A program made the position numbers and the translations under genes. A DNA stretch of 41,723 nt from a virus (Duplodnaviria; Caudoviricetes), in IMG/VR virus record IMGVR_UViG_3300021560_000028, positions 1-41,723 of that record. One strand, 5' to 3'. The notes below the pieces were generated by a model that saw only the letters and a list, made by a program, of their open reading frames with translations, had not been told where the DNA came from and searched no databases. Shown here piece after piece: positions 19,601 through 29,100 of this stretch (position 1 is the stretch's first letter; every line of letters begins with the position of its first letter).

Positions 19601-19948
19601 GTGAGCCGCTTTTGTCGGATCTATCAGTTTTGAATCATAGATCTCCTTGATCCTGACGCGTATACCATCAAGTCTCTGATCGAGTTGCGTCGAGTCGGCG
19701 TCAAGCTGCGCTTTCGGTAGTGAATCAAGCGCAGCCTTTATACGCCTCTTGAATTCCTTGTCGAACGCACCTCCTGCTGAATCTCCTGACTTACCCATCT
19801 TGTCGGTGATTGCCTTGCCCATCTCCGTTCCGGCTTCATCGCCTATAGCCCGAGACGGCTCGACAATCTGCTGCCGCATCTTCTCATCCCAGCCTCTAGC
19901 GTCCGGCACGACGCCGACTGAAACTGATCCTACGACGATATCAGTCAT
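16613..19948 (-). CDS. Tape measure protein with C-terminal lytic transglycosylase (SLT) domain
   Basis: Long Ala/Gly-rich helical protein after the tail chaperones; QTESGGDP...GLMQ...DPLANIAAALNY. Confidence 0.92.
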   Translation of the reverse strand: MTDIVVGSVSVGVVPDARGWDEKMRQQIVEPSRAIGDEAGTEMGKAITDKMGKSGDSAGGAFDKEFKRRIKAALDSLPKAQLDADSTQLDQRLDGIRVRIKEIYDSKLIDPTKAAHEIDRIMLDLKRLKLEAGKDMPLNISYDSQKALDILYKLRGIGPQGATKGGLLSTISKDVSGLENAANSLSGATSAGTGIFGSLSSLFDRFTGFFGGGGGGGGAGGVAGEVASGGESAGMGLSGLLTSPAAITAMVAAGIAVLPFILQAAGSIIIGTMGTGILGLGIIGAQMGGKLAKPEAHFGADFSSFLKQSGAPLVPVLTQILNFAGSLMKTLTPTFVQAMKDIAPAFQQFADAFIKALMQPGVQKAIIDVANAFGLMLQSMTTVLASNMASFAKAIDDLANTIAKNPQVFADMINFLSKAVVLAIDIVNWGAKIAGYIEKHPLLEAILKWTLIPGYGVVKTGQAAQSRGGAGGAIPLSDQWFNNLGSSLWHGLMKATSTPPAGAPAKISTPFVGPVTGARPVLTHTFIGPSVPSNVAASGIPGGGVLHDILHGAMSFLTSGNIVQPTTPGQPGVPAGFVGPVAAKAPILGPAVPYPGTNVKPGISVPGELNKWLALGPAAGHIANIGVMIGHGFETAYNVAVHGMSLLSGKIAYGWNRYVKPFFTKTIPQNFHNWFFDAIHWLEKTGEDLITGLWNGVTTIWNTDIVPFFTKTIPQNFTNWFWDAIHWLEKTGSDIITGMWNGIKTAWTTVSNFFTKTIPQNFSNWFSNAVTWLTGAGKDIVNGLLAGVSDFFKGASSVNQWFHDNVYMPILTSIKSVFGISSPAKKMHPIGANLITGIIHGMMGEGKKIGHFIAQIFGSWPHAILSYVSKGLLSEKGLPKAAMNAIGSALGWGQKALKGGLGAAANILGGFWNFITGKSAGKVGAGVEQWRNTVLKALAITHLPSAYTDLVLRQMQTESGGDPNIVNTWDSNARAGNPSRGLMQTTGTTFAAFHVPGTSWDIYDPLANIAAALNYAVHTRGVGIGPGRGQLGGGSGYDLGGWLPPGVTMAVNRTGKPEAIFTQDQLDRMGGTQYHAHFDGLTGAVIEGHVQTAFKLMEMRNGALQRQGRRS
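17600..17975 (-). repeat. Three ~40-aa tandem repeats in the tape measure
   Basis: FFTKTIPQNFxNWFxxAxxWLxxxGxDxxxG occurs three times, about 120 nt apart. Boundaries approximate. Confidence 0.8.
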
Positions 19949-20764
19949 CGGGCACCTCCAGGAAGCTAGGGCTGTTCATCAGTTTGCGTATCTCGTTGTC
20001 ACTCATGTCCCTCATGCGCGGGTCGAGCGCCCGGACATCACTCATGCGCAAGATCTTTCGACCCCTACGCTTCGTACCACCAGGACGACGAATAGGCTCA
20101 GGCCGCCGTATGTTCCCAGACTTTGAGTTTACTGAAGCATACATCCAGCTCTGGTGCCTAATCTCATCAATCAGGGAAGCTAGGAGTGTCTCAACAGTAC
20201 TCCAGGGAGCCTGTGCTGGATCACCAGCCGACGCATCAAGCTGCTCTTCCGGCGTCCGATTCCGAATCGCAGTATTCAACGCACCCTCCGGCGGAAGAAA
20301 TTCGACTAGCACTAGCAGCTTACGCCACGAAAGTTCCGCGCCGAGACTAGCCAGAGCTATACCATAATAGCGCTGTAGATCTGCCTCTACCTCCTCCGGG
20401 AATTCTGTGGTGATCCAGAGCGCTTTCTGGATTTTCCCATGTTCATCCGAGACTGCCTACCGCACTCGTTGAACACTGCCTCGACCTGGTAGTTACGCAG
20501 GTCGGCTGCGACCCATGTCTGGAACTCCGCATCGTCATCGATGACCTCGCGAGCCCACGTGTCCCAGTCACCGGCCGCCGCCGCACGCATCGCGGTAGAT
20601 GACCAGCTCTTGGCATGGGACACGTGAACGATCTTGCCGTCAAGCTTGACCGTTGTCGGTTCGCCGACGACCTCCTTGCGCAGGATCTCGTCCATGAGGT
20701 CCAGGTCGATGTCGACGGAAACTTCTTCTGGGGTTACCGGTCCCAGTCCCAAGTCCTCACTCAT
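19941..20764 (-). CDS. Tail assembly chaperone, long (gpGT-like) form via -1 frameshift at GGGAAAA (20438-20432)
   Basis: ATG GGA AAA TCC. The -1 frame reads IQKALWITTEFPEEVEADLQRYYG... open into the 19941-20312 ORF. Confidence 0.88.
20387..20764 (-). CDS. Tail assembly chaperone, short (gpG-like) form
   Basis: Lies between the major tail and tape measure genes and ends just past the slippery site. Confidence 0.85.
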   Translation of the reverse strand: MSEDLGLGPVTPEEVSVDIDLDLMDEILRKEVVGEPTTVKLDGKIVHVSHAKSWSSTAMRAAAAGDWDTWAREVIDDDAEFQTWVAADLRNYQVEAVFNECGRQSRMNMGKSRKRSGSPQNSRRR

Positions 20765-21486
20765 CACGTGAAGTACGTCGTCATCGACTCGCCGTAGTTA
20801 ATCGTCCGCTGGACGACCGCGTTGGTGGTGGTCCCGATCGTGCCGGGGTAGAACGTAACCGTCATGTCTGTCATGACGATGTCGCCCTGCTGGACCTGGT
20901 CGTTGCCACGCGCGGTGACCTTCGCGAACGGCGCGTACAAGCGCTGTCGCTTCGCGCCGTCGATTGAGTCGAAGATGAATGAGTACCGGTTGTCGGCCGG
21001 TGGGTCCGGCAAGATGTACGTGACCGAGTTCGCCGGCAGGGCCGTGGTCGCGGTCGTGGGCGGCTTGAGCGGCGAGGACGTCACCGGGAAGACCGGTATG
21101 TCATCGTACAGGGAACGAACGTACGGATTGAGCGCCTCCAGGAAGGTAGCCTGAGCCGTCTTGACGCCGCCGGTAAGGATCGACCGCACCGGCGTCAGCA
21201 GCCCGGCTGCCGGGATGTCCTTGATGGTCTCGTCGAGCTTGAAGATGTAACCGGCTACGTCGGCCCATCCACAGCACTTGTAGACGCCGACACCGAGCGA
21301 GGATGGGTCCTCAAAGCCCGTCGGCGGCGATGCGTTGTTCGGCTGCCCGACCCAGATGACGACATCCCCGGCCGCGTAGAGCATGTCGGAGTTCTTGTAC
21401 GTGCCGGTGGAAGGGGTAGGCAAGCCTGCGAGCGGAACGGGAAGGTCATAGGCTTCTGCTGCTGAGTCTTGCTTTGTAGGTGACAT
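20764..21486 (-). CDS. Major tail protein
   Basis: Position, GAGGA SD, strongly GC3-biased codons, tube-like features (FLE, FDSIDG, TVTFYP). Confidence 0.82.
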   Translation of the reverse strand: MSPTKQDSAAEAYDLPVPLAGLPTPSTGTYKNSDMLYAAGDVVIWVGQPNNASPPTGFEDPSSLGVGVYKCCGWADVAGYIFKLDETIKDIPAAGLLTPVRSILTGGVKTAQATFLEALNPYVRSLYDDIPVFPVTSSPLKPPTTATTALPANSVTYILPDPPADNRYSFIFDSIDGAKRQRLYAPFAKVTARGNDQVQQGDIVMTDMTVTFYPGTIGTTTNAVVQRTINYGESMTTYFT

Positions 21487-21496
21487 TACATTCCTC

Positions 21497-21898
21497 CTAG
21501 GAATGAGTTTGAAGTTCGTATGTTGCGGAATAGCGGACGTAGTTTGGGTTCACCTCTGGAAGTTGTCTAGGACCAGTTATAGTTGAGGCGTGCTGTATAA
21601 CTCCTCCGTTCGGTGCCATCGCGCTCATGAGCGACAAGATTTGCGATTGGATATCCCGCGCAGCAGCAGAGACATTCCCAACCTGGGGCTTAGGTCCAAA
21701 TATATCAATGTCAATAGTAGGCCGGTCAAGTCCTATATGTTTATTGCCGCCGCCGGTACGCCGGATAAGTACAGTTATCGTGTCAGGATTCGACGCCGGC
21801 ATGATCGTAGCAAATCGATAGCTAGGATTCGCCGGGGCAAGCAATGTGAGCAACATCGTCTCGGGATCAGGGAATACTGGAACAGTCATCGCCATCAC
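21497..21898 (-). CDS. Tail terminator / minor tail protein
   Basis: FPDPE...RTGG...DRPTIDID motif; lies just before the major tail gene. Confidence 0.75.
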   Translation of the reverse strand: MMAMTVPVFPDPETMLLTLLAPANPSYRFATIMPASNPDTITVLIRRTGGGNKHIGLDRPTIDIDIFGPKPQVGNVSAAARDIQSQILSLMSAMAPNGGVIQHASTITGPRQLPEVNPNYVRYSATYELQTHS

Positions 21899-22230
21899 CC
21901 GTTGAATGGGCGGAACGCCGCCCGTGCTAGAATGTGTTCCGGCTCAGCGCCCCAGTGAGCGAACTCTACAAAGAACGCTTCCGGCGCGTCATTGTAGACA
22001 AAGGCTTCCGCTCTATCGAACGTAGCACCTCCATCAGTATGTGACTTCACCTTGAAGCTTGCCTTGTAACGCCCTGGGTGTGGATCATCCTTCCCGGTAT
22101 AGATCGGAGCAATAACCTCGGCACGCATACGGATCTCTTCAGCATGCATTTCCATTGCGCGAACCATGTCGTGTGAATTAAGCATCTTGTGGACGCCATC
22201 AGGCTTTGCGGTAAACGAGGCATCAGTCAT
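21895..22230 (-). CDS. HK97 gp10-like neck protein
   Basis: AP..TG...GRYKAS...AFFVEF...HILARA pattern; synteny. Confidence 0.7.
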   Translation of the reverse strand: MTDASFTAKPDGVHKMLNSHDMVRAMEMHAEEIRMRAEVIAPIYTGKDDPHPGRYKASFKVKSHTDGGATFDRAEAFVYNDAPEAFFVEFAHWGAEPEHILARAAFRPFNG

Positions 22231-22595
22231 ACCGTCACGCCCGTAATCCGAGTCACATTGATCCGGATGGGAGATTCCCGCCCGGAGAATGGTGACGTCC
22301 AGTAGCTCGGCTCACCCTGGATCTCGTAAGTGTCCCCGTTGTAGATTACCGCGTCGAGCGCGGTAACAACAATACCAGGCGGGAAGAATATGGTATCTGT
22401 CTGAGAAACCTGGTCAGTGAAGATAAGATTCTCGGAACTGCCGGCAGGGACGAACACGCACTGCGGAACCTGGATCAACACATCGTTGTATACGTCATTG
22501 CCGTACTCATCCAGCGTACCGCTCAATACCCGCCGCACCAGTGTCATGGACACGGCGAAGTTCTTCATCACCACCCACTGCCAGTCGATAGGCAT
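22227..22595 (-). CDS. Head-to-tail stopper
   Basis: DEYGN, D...YNGDTYEIQGEP motifs. GGAGGAGG SD before ATG 22595. Confidence 0.75.
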   Translation of the reverse strand: MPIDWQWVVMKNFAVSMTLVRRVLSGTLDEYGNDVYNDVLIQVPQCVFVPAGSSENLIFTDQVSQTDTIFFPPGIVVTALDAVIYNGDTYEIQGEPSYWTSPFSGRESPIRINVTRITGVTV

Positions 22596-22705
22596 AACTT
22601 CACCTCCTCCGCAGGCGCGGAATCAGAATCAGGCAATACGACCTCCGTCGTGAGCGGGTATCTAACCCCGCCCACGACAACCACGCCGGAGATCGTCACT
22701 GTCAC
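22568..22705 (-). CDS. Tiny protein paralogous to part of the upstream gene; TTA at codon 37 overlaps the stopper ATG
   Basis: GTGA overlap at 22705. VTVTISGVVVVGGVRYPLTTEVVLP aligns with QTVSITGTVVVGGVSQDVSTSITLP. Confidence 0.5.
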   Translation of the reverse strand: MTVTISGVVVVGGVRYPLTTEVVLPDSDSAPAEEVKLCLSTGSGW

Positions 22706-22980
22706 GGAACGACCGCTGTGAACACTGATGGATCGGACGTTGAGACGAATGAGAGACCGGAGCAAACCGGCACCTCGTACGAGACGGACGCGGCCGGAGT
22801 CCCTGGCAGCGTGATCGAGGTTGAGACGTCCTGACTGACGCCGCCGACCACGACCGTGCCGGTGATAGACACGGTCTGCGGAGAGATCGGGTCGTTCCCA
22901 TCAACAGTGTACGTAACGGTAACCGTGTCGCCATGGTTCGGCGAACTCGGCGCGGCATTCATAGCGCAGCTAACGGTCAT
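22702..22980 (-). CDS. Small beta-rich (Ig-like) virion protein
   Basis: GDTVTVTYTV beta pattern; TAATG overlap with the adaptor. Confidence 0.6.
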   Translation of the reverse strand: MTVSCAMNAAPSSPNHGDTVTVTYTVDGNDPISPQTVSITGTVVVGGVSQDVSTSITLPGTPAASVSYEVPVCSGLSFVSTSDPSVFTAVVP

Positions 22981-23627
22981 TACAGCTTCACCTTCATTGT
23001 TCCGTACGATTGCCTGTAATCTTGTAGAGCGGTCTTCATACCGGCATCGATGAGCGCGGCATTCAATCCCGCGCCGGACGTACGACGCATCGAGAACGAG
23101 TAAGCCCCAACAGACTCACTCATCAGAGTTGCGGACTGCGTAGGCGTCGCTAGCTCGGAGCAGCACGCGTTGCACAACACGGCGACGACGTCAGCCGGGA
23201 CGTCAGCAAATCCATGCGCGCCGGTGACCGTGAATGAGCCGCCCCACCAGAATGTCTCTTCGTACCAGATCTCCGGCAGGTTGATGATGCCGGATAGCGA
23301 CGGGTTGAACACGGTGATCTTGTCGACAGCATCAAAGTGGTACCAGGTCACCTGGATGTCCTGGATACCAGGCGTGCCGGATAGCGCCACAATCTTATCG
23401 ATCGACTGAATCGGCTTCCATGACGTCAGCTTGATGATACCGCCGTCGGCCGTGGTCGTGATCGTGTCGCTGGTGTAGTACAGGAAGTCACGCCGACAGT
23501 ATCGGCGTAGGATACCTGACCCGTCGTCAAGCAGTCCTTGCACACGCGCGGCTTCCACCTGGTTGAGGTTGCGGCCCAGCCTCGCCGCGATATCATCGGG
23601 CGTGGCAAGGCTGGGCAGCGTTCCCAT
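22980..23627 (-). CDS. Head-to-tail adaptor
   Basis: LATPDDIAARLGR...LLDD, HGFADVPADV, SESVGAYS; directly after the capsid gene. Confidence 0.8.
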   Translation of the reverse strand: MGTLPSLATPDDIAARLGRNLNQVEAARVQGLLDDGSGILRRYCRRDFLYYTSDTITTTADGGIIKLTSWKPIQSIDKIVALSGTPGIQDIQVTWYHFDAVDKITVFNPSLSGIINLPEIWYEETFWWGGSFTVTGAHGFADVPADVVAVLCNACCSELATPTQSATLMSESVGAYSFSMRRTSGAGLNAALIDAGMKTALQDYRQSYGTMKVKL

Positions 23628-23632
23628 GACTG

Positions 23633-24772
23633 TTACTCCTCTCCACCATTCGTGCGGGTGCCGCGCCGAGAGTGCGACCTGGCAGGAGTACTTGCCTCCT
23701 CCTCGGCGGCATCCTCTTCATTGACGACCGCCCCCTCGACGGCGGCCATCGTGCCACCGGGGTAGGTGCCGATGACGTTGATTGGGGCGGACGGCGGCGG
23801 CGTCGTGAAGCCCTTGGCCAGAACAGTCCCGAACGGCCACCGCTGGGTAATCGTCTTGCCCTTGTTCAGGACGGTGACGGGGTTGACGGTCGCGTAGGCG
23901 AGACGCATGACCATCCGCATCGCCACAGCGTCCTGCTGCATGAGGTTGAGGATGACCTTGCCGGTGTCGTCCGAGATGACACCCTCGGTGAACATCTTGA
24001 AGGAGATGTCCTGCCGCATGCCGATGATGGCCTTGGAGAAGTCGCCGCAGAGCAACGTCGCACCGGACGTCAGCGTCGGCATCTGCCATGAACCGTTGTT
24101 GACTTCCGAGAGCGGGTAACCGTAAAGCGTGCCGCCCGGCTTGCCGGTCATGTCCGGCTGGTAGATCGGGATGCCCTGAGCCGACCGGATTCCGACCAGC
24201 TTCCAGTTCATGCCCGGCATCGCAGCGAAGCCCGAGAGGGTGTACCCGGTCTGAGCCATCATCTGGCCGAGAGTCGAGACATCCTGACCAAGGTCAACGC
24301 CCGCGCCCTCAAGGACGTAGTGCTGAGAGTTACACGCGCCGACGTAGACAGACTCGCCCCAGGTAGTCGGCTTGTTGATTCCCCACAGCACGGCCGAGTC
24401 GATCAGCGCCCCGACCGCTTCGGTGATCCTGGGCTGAACCTGCGCCCAGAGCGGCACCTCCGCATCGTCAAGGTATGCGATCGGGATCGGCACGATGCAA
24501 GCGAGTTCCTCGACGACCATGATGACGTTCTGCCATGCCATCTGGGTCGTCTGCTTCATGCCGGTGTCGCCGCCGACCCAGTACGCCATGGGCAGCACGT
24601 CGAGCACTGGCATGCGCTGGGTCTTCGAGGACAGGGTCGTCCGGTTCATGAGCGTGAGTGCGGCGGAAGCCTTTGGGGCTTCCTGGATAATGGTCGCAGC
24701 AAGGGGCTGCGGCACGAGAGGGTCAGGAGTTCCTGAACTCCTGAAGATACCCTCGTTGTAAACGCCAGCCAT
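23633..24772 (-). CDS. Major capsid protein (HK97 fold)
   Basis: LVPQP, AYWVG, ELACIVPI, LIDSAVLWG, GDFS, NLMQQDAVAMR motifs. ATG 24772. Confidence 0.92.
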   Translation of the reverse strand: MAGVYNEGIFRSSGTPDPLVPQPLAATIIQEAPKASAALTLMNRTTLSSKTQRMPVLDVLPMAYWVGGDTGMKQTTQMAWQNVIMVVEELACIVPIPIAYLDDAEVPLWAQVQPRITEAVGALIDSAVLWGINKPTTWGESVYVGACNSQHYVLEGAGVDLGQDVSTLGQMMAQTGYTLSGFAAMPGMNWKLVGIRSAQGIPIYQPDMTGKPGGTLYGYPLSEVNNGSWQMPTLTSGATLLCGDFSKAIIGMRQDISFKMFTEGVISDDTGKVILNLMQQDAVAMRMVMRLAYATVNPVTVLNKGKTITQRWPFGTVLAKGFTTPPPSAPINVIGTYPGGTMAAVEGAVVNEEDAAEEEASTPARSHSRRGTRTNGGEE

Positions 24773-24807
24773 TGAAGGCCCTTCCGCGTCACAGCGGAAC
24801 TGTAACG

Positions 24808-25470
24808 CTACGATCCGTGGAGCAGTTGGCGGAACCATTGCTCTGGTGTGTTTGGCGTTGCGCCAGCTGGGGCCGAACCCGGCCTCAAGGACTCAACCGG
24901 CCGTGCGGCCAGTTGCTGTTGCGGCGCAGCGCCGTTCCGGTTCGCGCCTTGACCGACTACTAGCTCCCCAGAAGCTACCTTGTCGGCTATGAGCTGTTCC
25001 GCTATCTCCTGAGCCATCTCTTCGATTGATGTCTGGAGTAGCTCTGCTCGCTCATTGATCTCATCGTCCGTTCCGGTGCCGAGGATATCAATGAGTTCCA
25101 CGGGAAGGTTGTGAGCGGCCGCAGCCATGACGCGAGCGTGCGTTGCCAGCGCTTCGTCACGAGCTGCTTCCGCTTCCCTCTGTGCCGCCTGAGCTTTCTC
25201 AAGCTCAGTCATATTGGCCTGGTCGATGGTCTTGAGCCGAGCCGCCGCTGCGGAGTTCTCCTTGGCCCGCCGCTCGTTCTTCTTGGCCATTTCCTTCCAG
25301 TGGACTACCTGGGCAGCAAGATCCTCATCGGATTGCGCCCCTTCGCCCTGACCTTCGAGCTGGCCGGTTGTGCCATCAGCGTCGTCAGTAGAGCCTACGC
25401 CTGCCGTTCCGGCTGGAGAACCTTGCCCCGTTGCGGGGCCAGTACCGGCATCTCCTGCGTCTGCGCTCAT
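24808..25470 (-). CDS. Scaffolding protein
   Basis: WKEMAKKNERRAKEN, MTELEKAQ, GTDDEINERAELL; upstream of capsid. Confidence 0.85.
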   Translation of the reverse strand: MSADAGDAGTGPATGQGSPAGTAGVGSTDDADGTTGQLEGQGEGAQSDEDLAAQVVHWKEMAKKNERRAKENSAAAARLKTIDQANMTELEKAQAAQREAEAARDEALATHARVMAAAAHNLPVELIDILGTGTDDEINERAELLQTSIEEMAQEIAEQLIADKVASGELVVGQGANRNGAAPQQQLAARPVESLRPGSAPAGATPNTPEQWFRQLLHGS

Positions 25471-25498
25471 CAGCTACACTCCCATCGTACCTAGCGCG

Positions 25499-25527
25499 AT
25501 TATACTACGGCTTCGCTCCCGCGTCTA
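25499..25527 (-). promoter_or_regulatory. Promoter for scaffold/capsid: -35 TAGACG, 17 nt, -10 TATAAT
   Basis: Consensus -10, 17-nt spacer, and the same -35 as the promoter at 36510-36538. Confidence 0.75.
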
Positions 25528-25782
25528 GCCCCTCTTTTTCCGAGCTTCCGAGAGAGATTCTTCCAGGCCCGGAGCATGCCCGGGCCATCCTCCGGTTGCG
25601 CGCCTATGTAGATTGGCGCACATCCCCTTGACCATCGCGGCCGGCACGTACTTGCCAACTACCGCGAGGCAGGTATCAAAGTCACCGGGAACTCCCCAGT
25701 GAAGCTTGGCCGCTCCGGCTCCTTCAGTCCAGTACTTCAGGAGCTGAGCCGGCATATTTGAATGCTCTTCTGACTGAGCCAT
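25525..25782 (-). CDS. Small head-region protein (YW..G.G...WG.PGDF..C...CANLH...G.WPG type)
   Basis: Motif seen in actinophage head modules; TGATG overlap. Confidence 0.65.
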   Translation of the reverse strand: MAQSEEHSNMPAQLLKYWTEGAGAAKLHWGVPGDFDTCLAVVGKYVPAAMVKGMCANLHRRATGGWPGHAPGLEESLSEARKKRG

Positions 25783-26153
25783 CACACAGCCTCCACTAGC
25801 AGTATCCCGAACCCGACCGTACTCCTGTTGCTGTACTGATCGATTACGTCGATCCTCCACCACTGTGATCCGACTACGCCATTGTCGGCCGCCGGGATCA
25901 GGAACTGCGACATCGTCGCCGTCTGGTTGTTGGGATCATCAACAACCTGCGCCGTATACACCTTCGTCGTCGGGTCATTGTCCGGAACCGTCCGGTCAGT
26001 CTTATAGTAGAACTCCGACTTTGCTCCGGCAGTTCCTGATGGAATATTCGGATAGTGCGCAGTCACCTGGATGTCATTCCCCTGTGGGAAGTACATAGCC
26101 ATCTGCTGGACCGGCATCGCGGTCTCTTGCGGAAACTCCATCGTGACAGTCAT
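25782..26153 (-). CDS. Hypothetical beta-sandwich virion protein
   Basis: Operon position; QGND...G.L.V pattern reminiscent of BppU-like N-domains. Confidence 0.6.
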   Translation of the reverse strand: MTVTMEFPQETAMPVQQMAMYFPQGNDIQVTAHYPNIPSGTAGAKSEFYYKTDRTVPDNDPTTKVYTAQVVDDPNNQTATMSQFLIPAADNGVVGSQWWRIDVIDQYSNRSTVGFGILLVEAV

Positions 26154-26156
26154 GCT

Positions 26157-29100
26157 TCACCCCATATTCGTCGTTAGCGTAGCCGGAACTACCTCGGCAT
26201 ATATATCAGCATCCACAACATCAGCATCAACTAGAGCAGGAATGACTTCGGCATAGATCGTAGCTTCAACACCCTCGACATAAATACCAGCAGGTACCGT
26301 ACACACAAAGATAGTCGCCTGAATATACGCCGGGAGATCAGTCGGCTTGAATGGAGGATTGATATAGGCATGAGCATACGAGACGGTAGAAGACATACCA
26401 TCTACCGCATTAAAGTCGACAAGCGATCCCGCGCCAGATGATATCGTTGCCGACAGGCCATCGATCTCTATCACGAGTACGATGGAGCCATCGCCATCAG
26501 TAACAGTAACCGACGACCCGTCAATCGCAATATCTAGGACAACCGAACCTGACCCAGCCGACCCCGTAGCTGACAATCCGGAGATGAGTATCTCAAGTCC
26601 TATAGCACCATATGTCAGGGAACTAGTCGTCGAGGCTCCAGAAATCTCCTCCTCAAGAGCGACGACGCCTACTGCATCAGATACGGTTACAGACGAACCA
26701 TTGATCACATAAATGTAACCAAGCGTTCCGCCGCCCAGGCTAACAGTCGCCGACGAACCTTCTATGAGTATTTCGAGTGATACCGTGCCGGAGCTAACAA
26801 CAACTGCAGACGATACACCTGACACCGGCGAGACGGTCCCAAGCGTGCCACTTCCGGAAGATACAGAAGACGAACTGCCTACGATAGCATAATCATACGC
26901 GACAGTGCCATACCCACTAGAAGCCGTCGAGGATGCCCCGAAGATAAGCGCCTCAAGACCCATGGTCCCGGTAGCGACAGAGACCCCTGATGAACTACCG
27001 CTAACCGCCATGACGGTCGTAAGCGCAGGTCCGCTAGACGCAGAAAGAGTAGAGCTTATGCCACTAACATCGATAATCGGGCTGCCAGCTATATCAGCAG
27101 TGCCTAGCGCATACCCGGCCGACGTAGCCGACAATCCGGACAGTACCGAGTTACGAATGACCGTGCCGGAAGCAGTCGATACGGTAGCGGAACTGCCTAC
27201 TAGTACAGGCACATTCGACAGCGTGCCACTAGTACTTGATACTGAAACAGACGTACCGGCTAGAACACCCGTAGCAGTAACGCTCCCGCTACCACCACTT
27301 GCGGCCGTGGATGAACCAGCCAGTACGCCCAATCGGACAACGGTGCCGTTGGCGCCGGACACCGTGACCGACGATCCGGTAAGTGCGCCCAAAGCAGTAA
27401 GCGAGCCGCTCGTACTTGACGCAGTAACTGATACGCCCGACGTAACGGCATTTAGAACAACCGACCCACTCGCCGCAGCTACGACTACCGGAGCCGTGAA
27501 CAACATACGAGTCCACGCAGGTGCGCCACCCGTAAAGCTGCTCGACACCGATACGCCGCTAGCGTTCGGCGCGCTCTGCCATCCTGCCGACATAAAGCCA
27601 GCAGAGTTCCCATTAATGGTACCCGAACCACCAACTAGCGAGTTCGTCGGCGCATTCCAGTTATTCAGCAGCGACCAGTTATACTGGATGGCCAACACAC
27701 TTTGCGGGAACGTCCCTGAGAGCGGGCCTGTTGAAGTTACCAGCGTAGCCGGGCCAACACCATCCTCGCCATCCACAAGCGAGAACCCCATACATCCGGG
27801 TATCGCTAGCGCCATCATATCGCACTGAGCGTTCGAGCTAGGCACCGCCGTGATGACGCTACCGCCTACGAACGGCTGAACCGGATTCTGAGCCTGCCAC
27901 ACCTGACAGTACGCAGTCGTCCCGTTGATAGCGTGATTGCCTATAAGCGCATAGACGTTCCCAACAGTATCCGTAAGCGACGTACACACGACGCCGTTCT
28001 GGCCGAATGCCGTAACAACTACAATCTGTGCTCCGGCCGGGGAAGCCGTAACTGTACACGCATGCGCCGTCGTCACCGGACCATTGTGTGTCCCGAGTAC
28101 TACAGGGACTCCACTACCAGTAGGATTAACTCCGGTAGCCGACAACCCGGATATCAGCGCTACCCTGCCAACCGCACCATTAGCTACAGATACCGTAGAA
28201 GCTGACCCGCTTATGCCAAATGCCGTAGACGCTAGGCCTGTAGCATTCATAGCGTACCCGGAATTTGACATACCGGATATAGCGCCGATAGCAGTAACCG
28301 CGCCAGACGTAGAAGCGACAGCCAGTGCCGTACCGGATATGACGCCGATATCATAGAACGTACCCGCGCCAGAGCTAGGCGTCACGGCCGAGCCGTTTAT
28401 GCCCATCACATTGACGAGTACGCCGGTAGCCGTAGGCAGCGGATTCGACCCGTACATAAACGCATCAAGGATCAGCGTATGCCCGGACGACGACGGATTG
28501 CCGGATGCGGTGCCCTGGTACGTAAGCGTATGCGTACCGTACGCAAGTCCACTAACTGAATAAGTTATGACTTTAGACTGAGCTGTGGGACGGTACATAT
28601 CGACCTGTACCCCGGCTCCGCCATCTAGCACCATCGAGGCGTAGCCCTGGTCAGGCCCCAGGTACCCGTAAAGCGCTACCCACGTTCCGGTGAACGTCAA
28701 TGTACATGAACCGCCGCCTCCAGTCCAGTGATACGTACCATTCAGGAACCGAGAGTCGGCCGCTACCGGAACCCATTGCGACCCAATAGCAAGATTAGGA
28801 TTCCCGCTAGCATCATCAATAAATACTGTCTGCCCGGAGAACCCATCCAGTTCCTGTCCAAACAACGTAGCCGGGAGGTTCGGGAGTATGCCCCAATCTG
28901 AAACAACGAAAGCGTCAATCCCAATATACGTACCACTCGATGCCGAGTTCTTCGAGCCAGTTACCGTCACCGTCACCGTATGCATACCTGGCGTAAGCGG
29001 AAGTACCGGCGACCGTACTGTACCAGGGGCAGTAGCGTACGTATCAAGAACAATAGGAGGACCACTATCAAGGACAATTTGAGCTATGCCCCGGTTAACG

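Noticed and set aside
26905-27828. 307-aa plus-strand ORF and the many other antisense ORFs in the track
   Set aside because: Shadows of the coding strand. Avoidance of TTA removes antisense TAA stops, which lengthens them.
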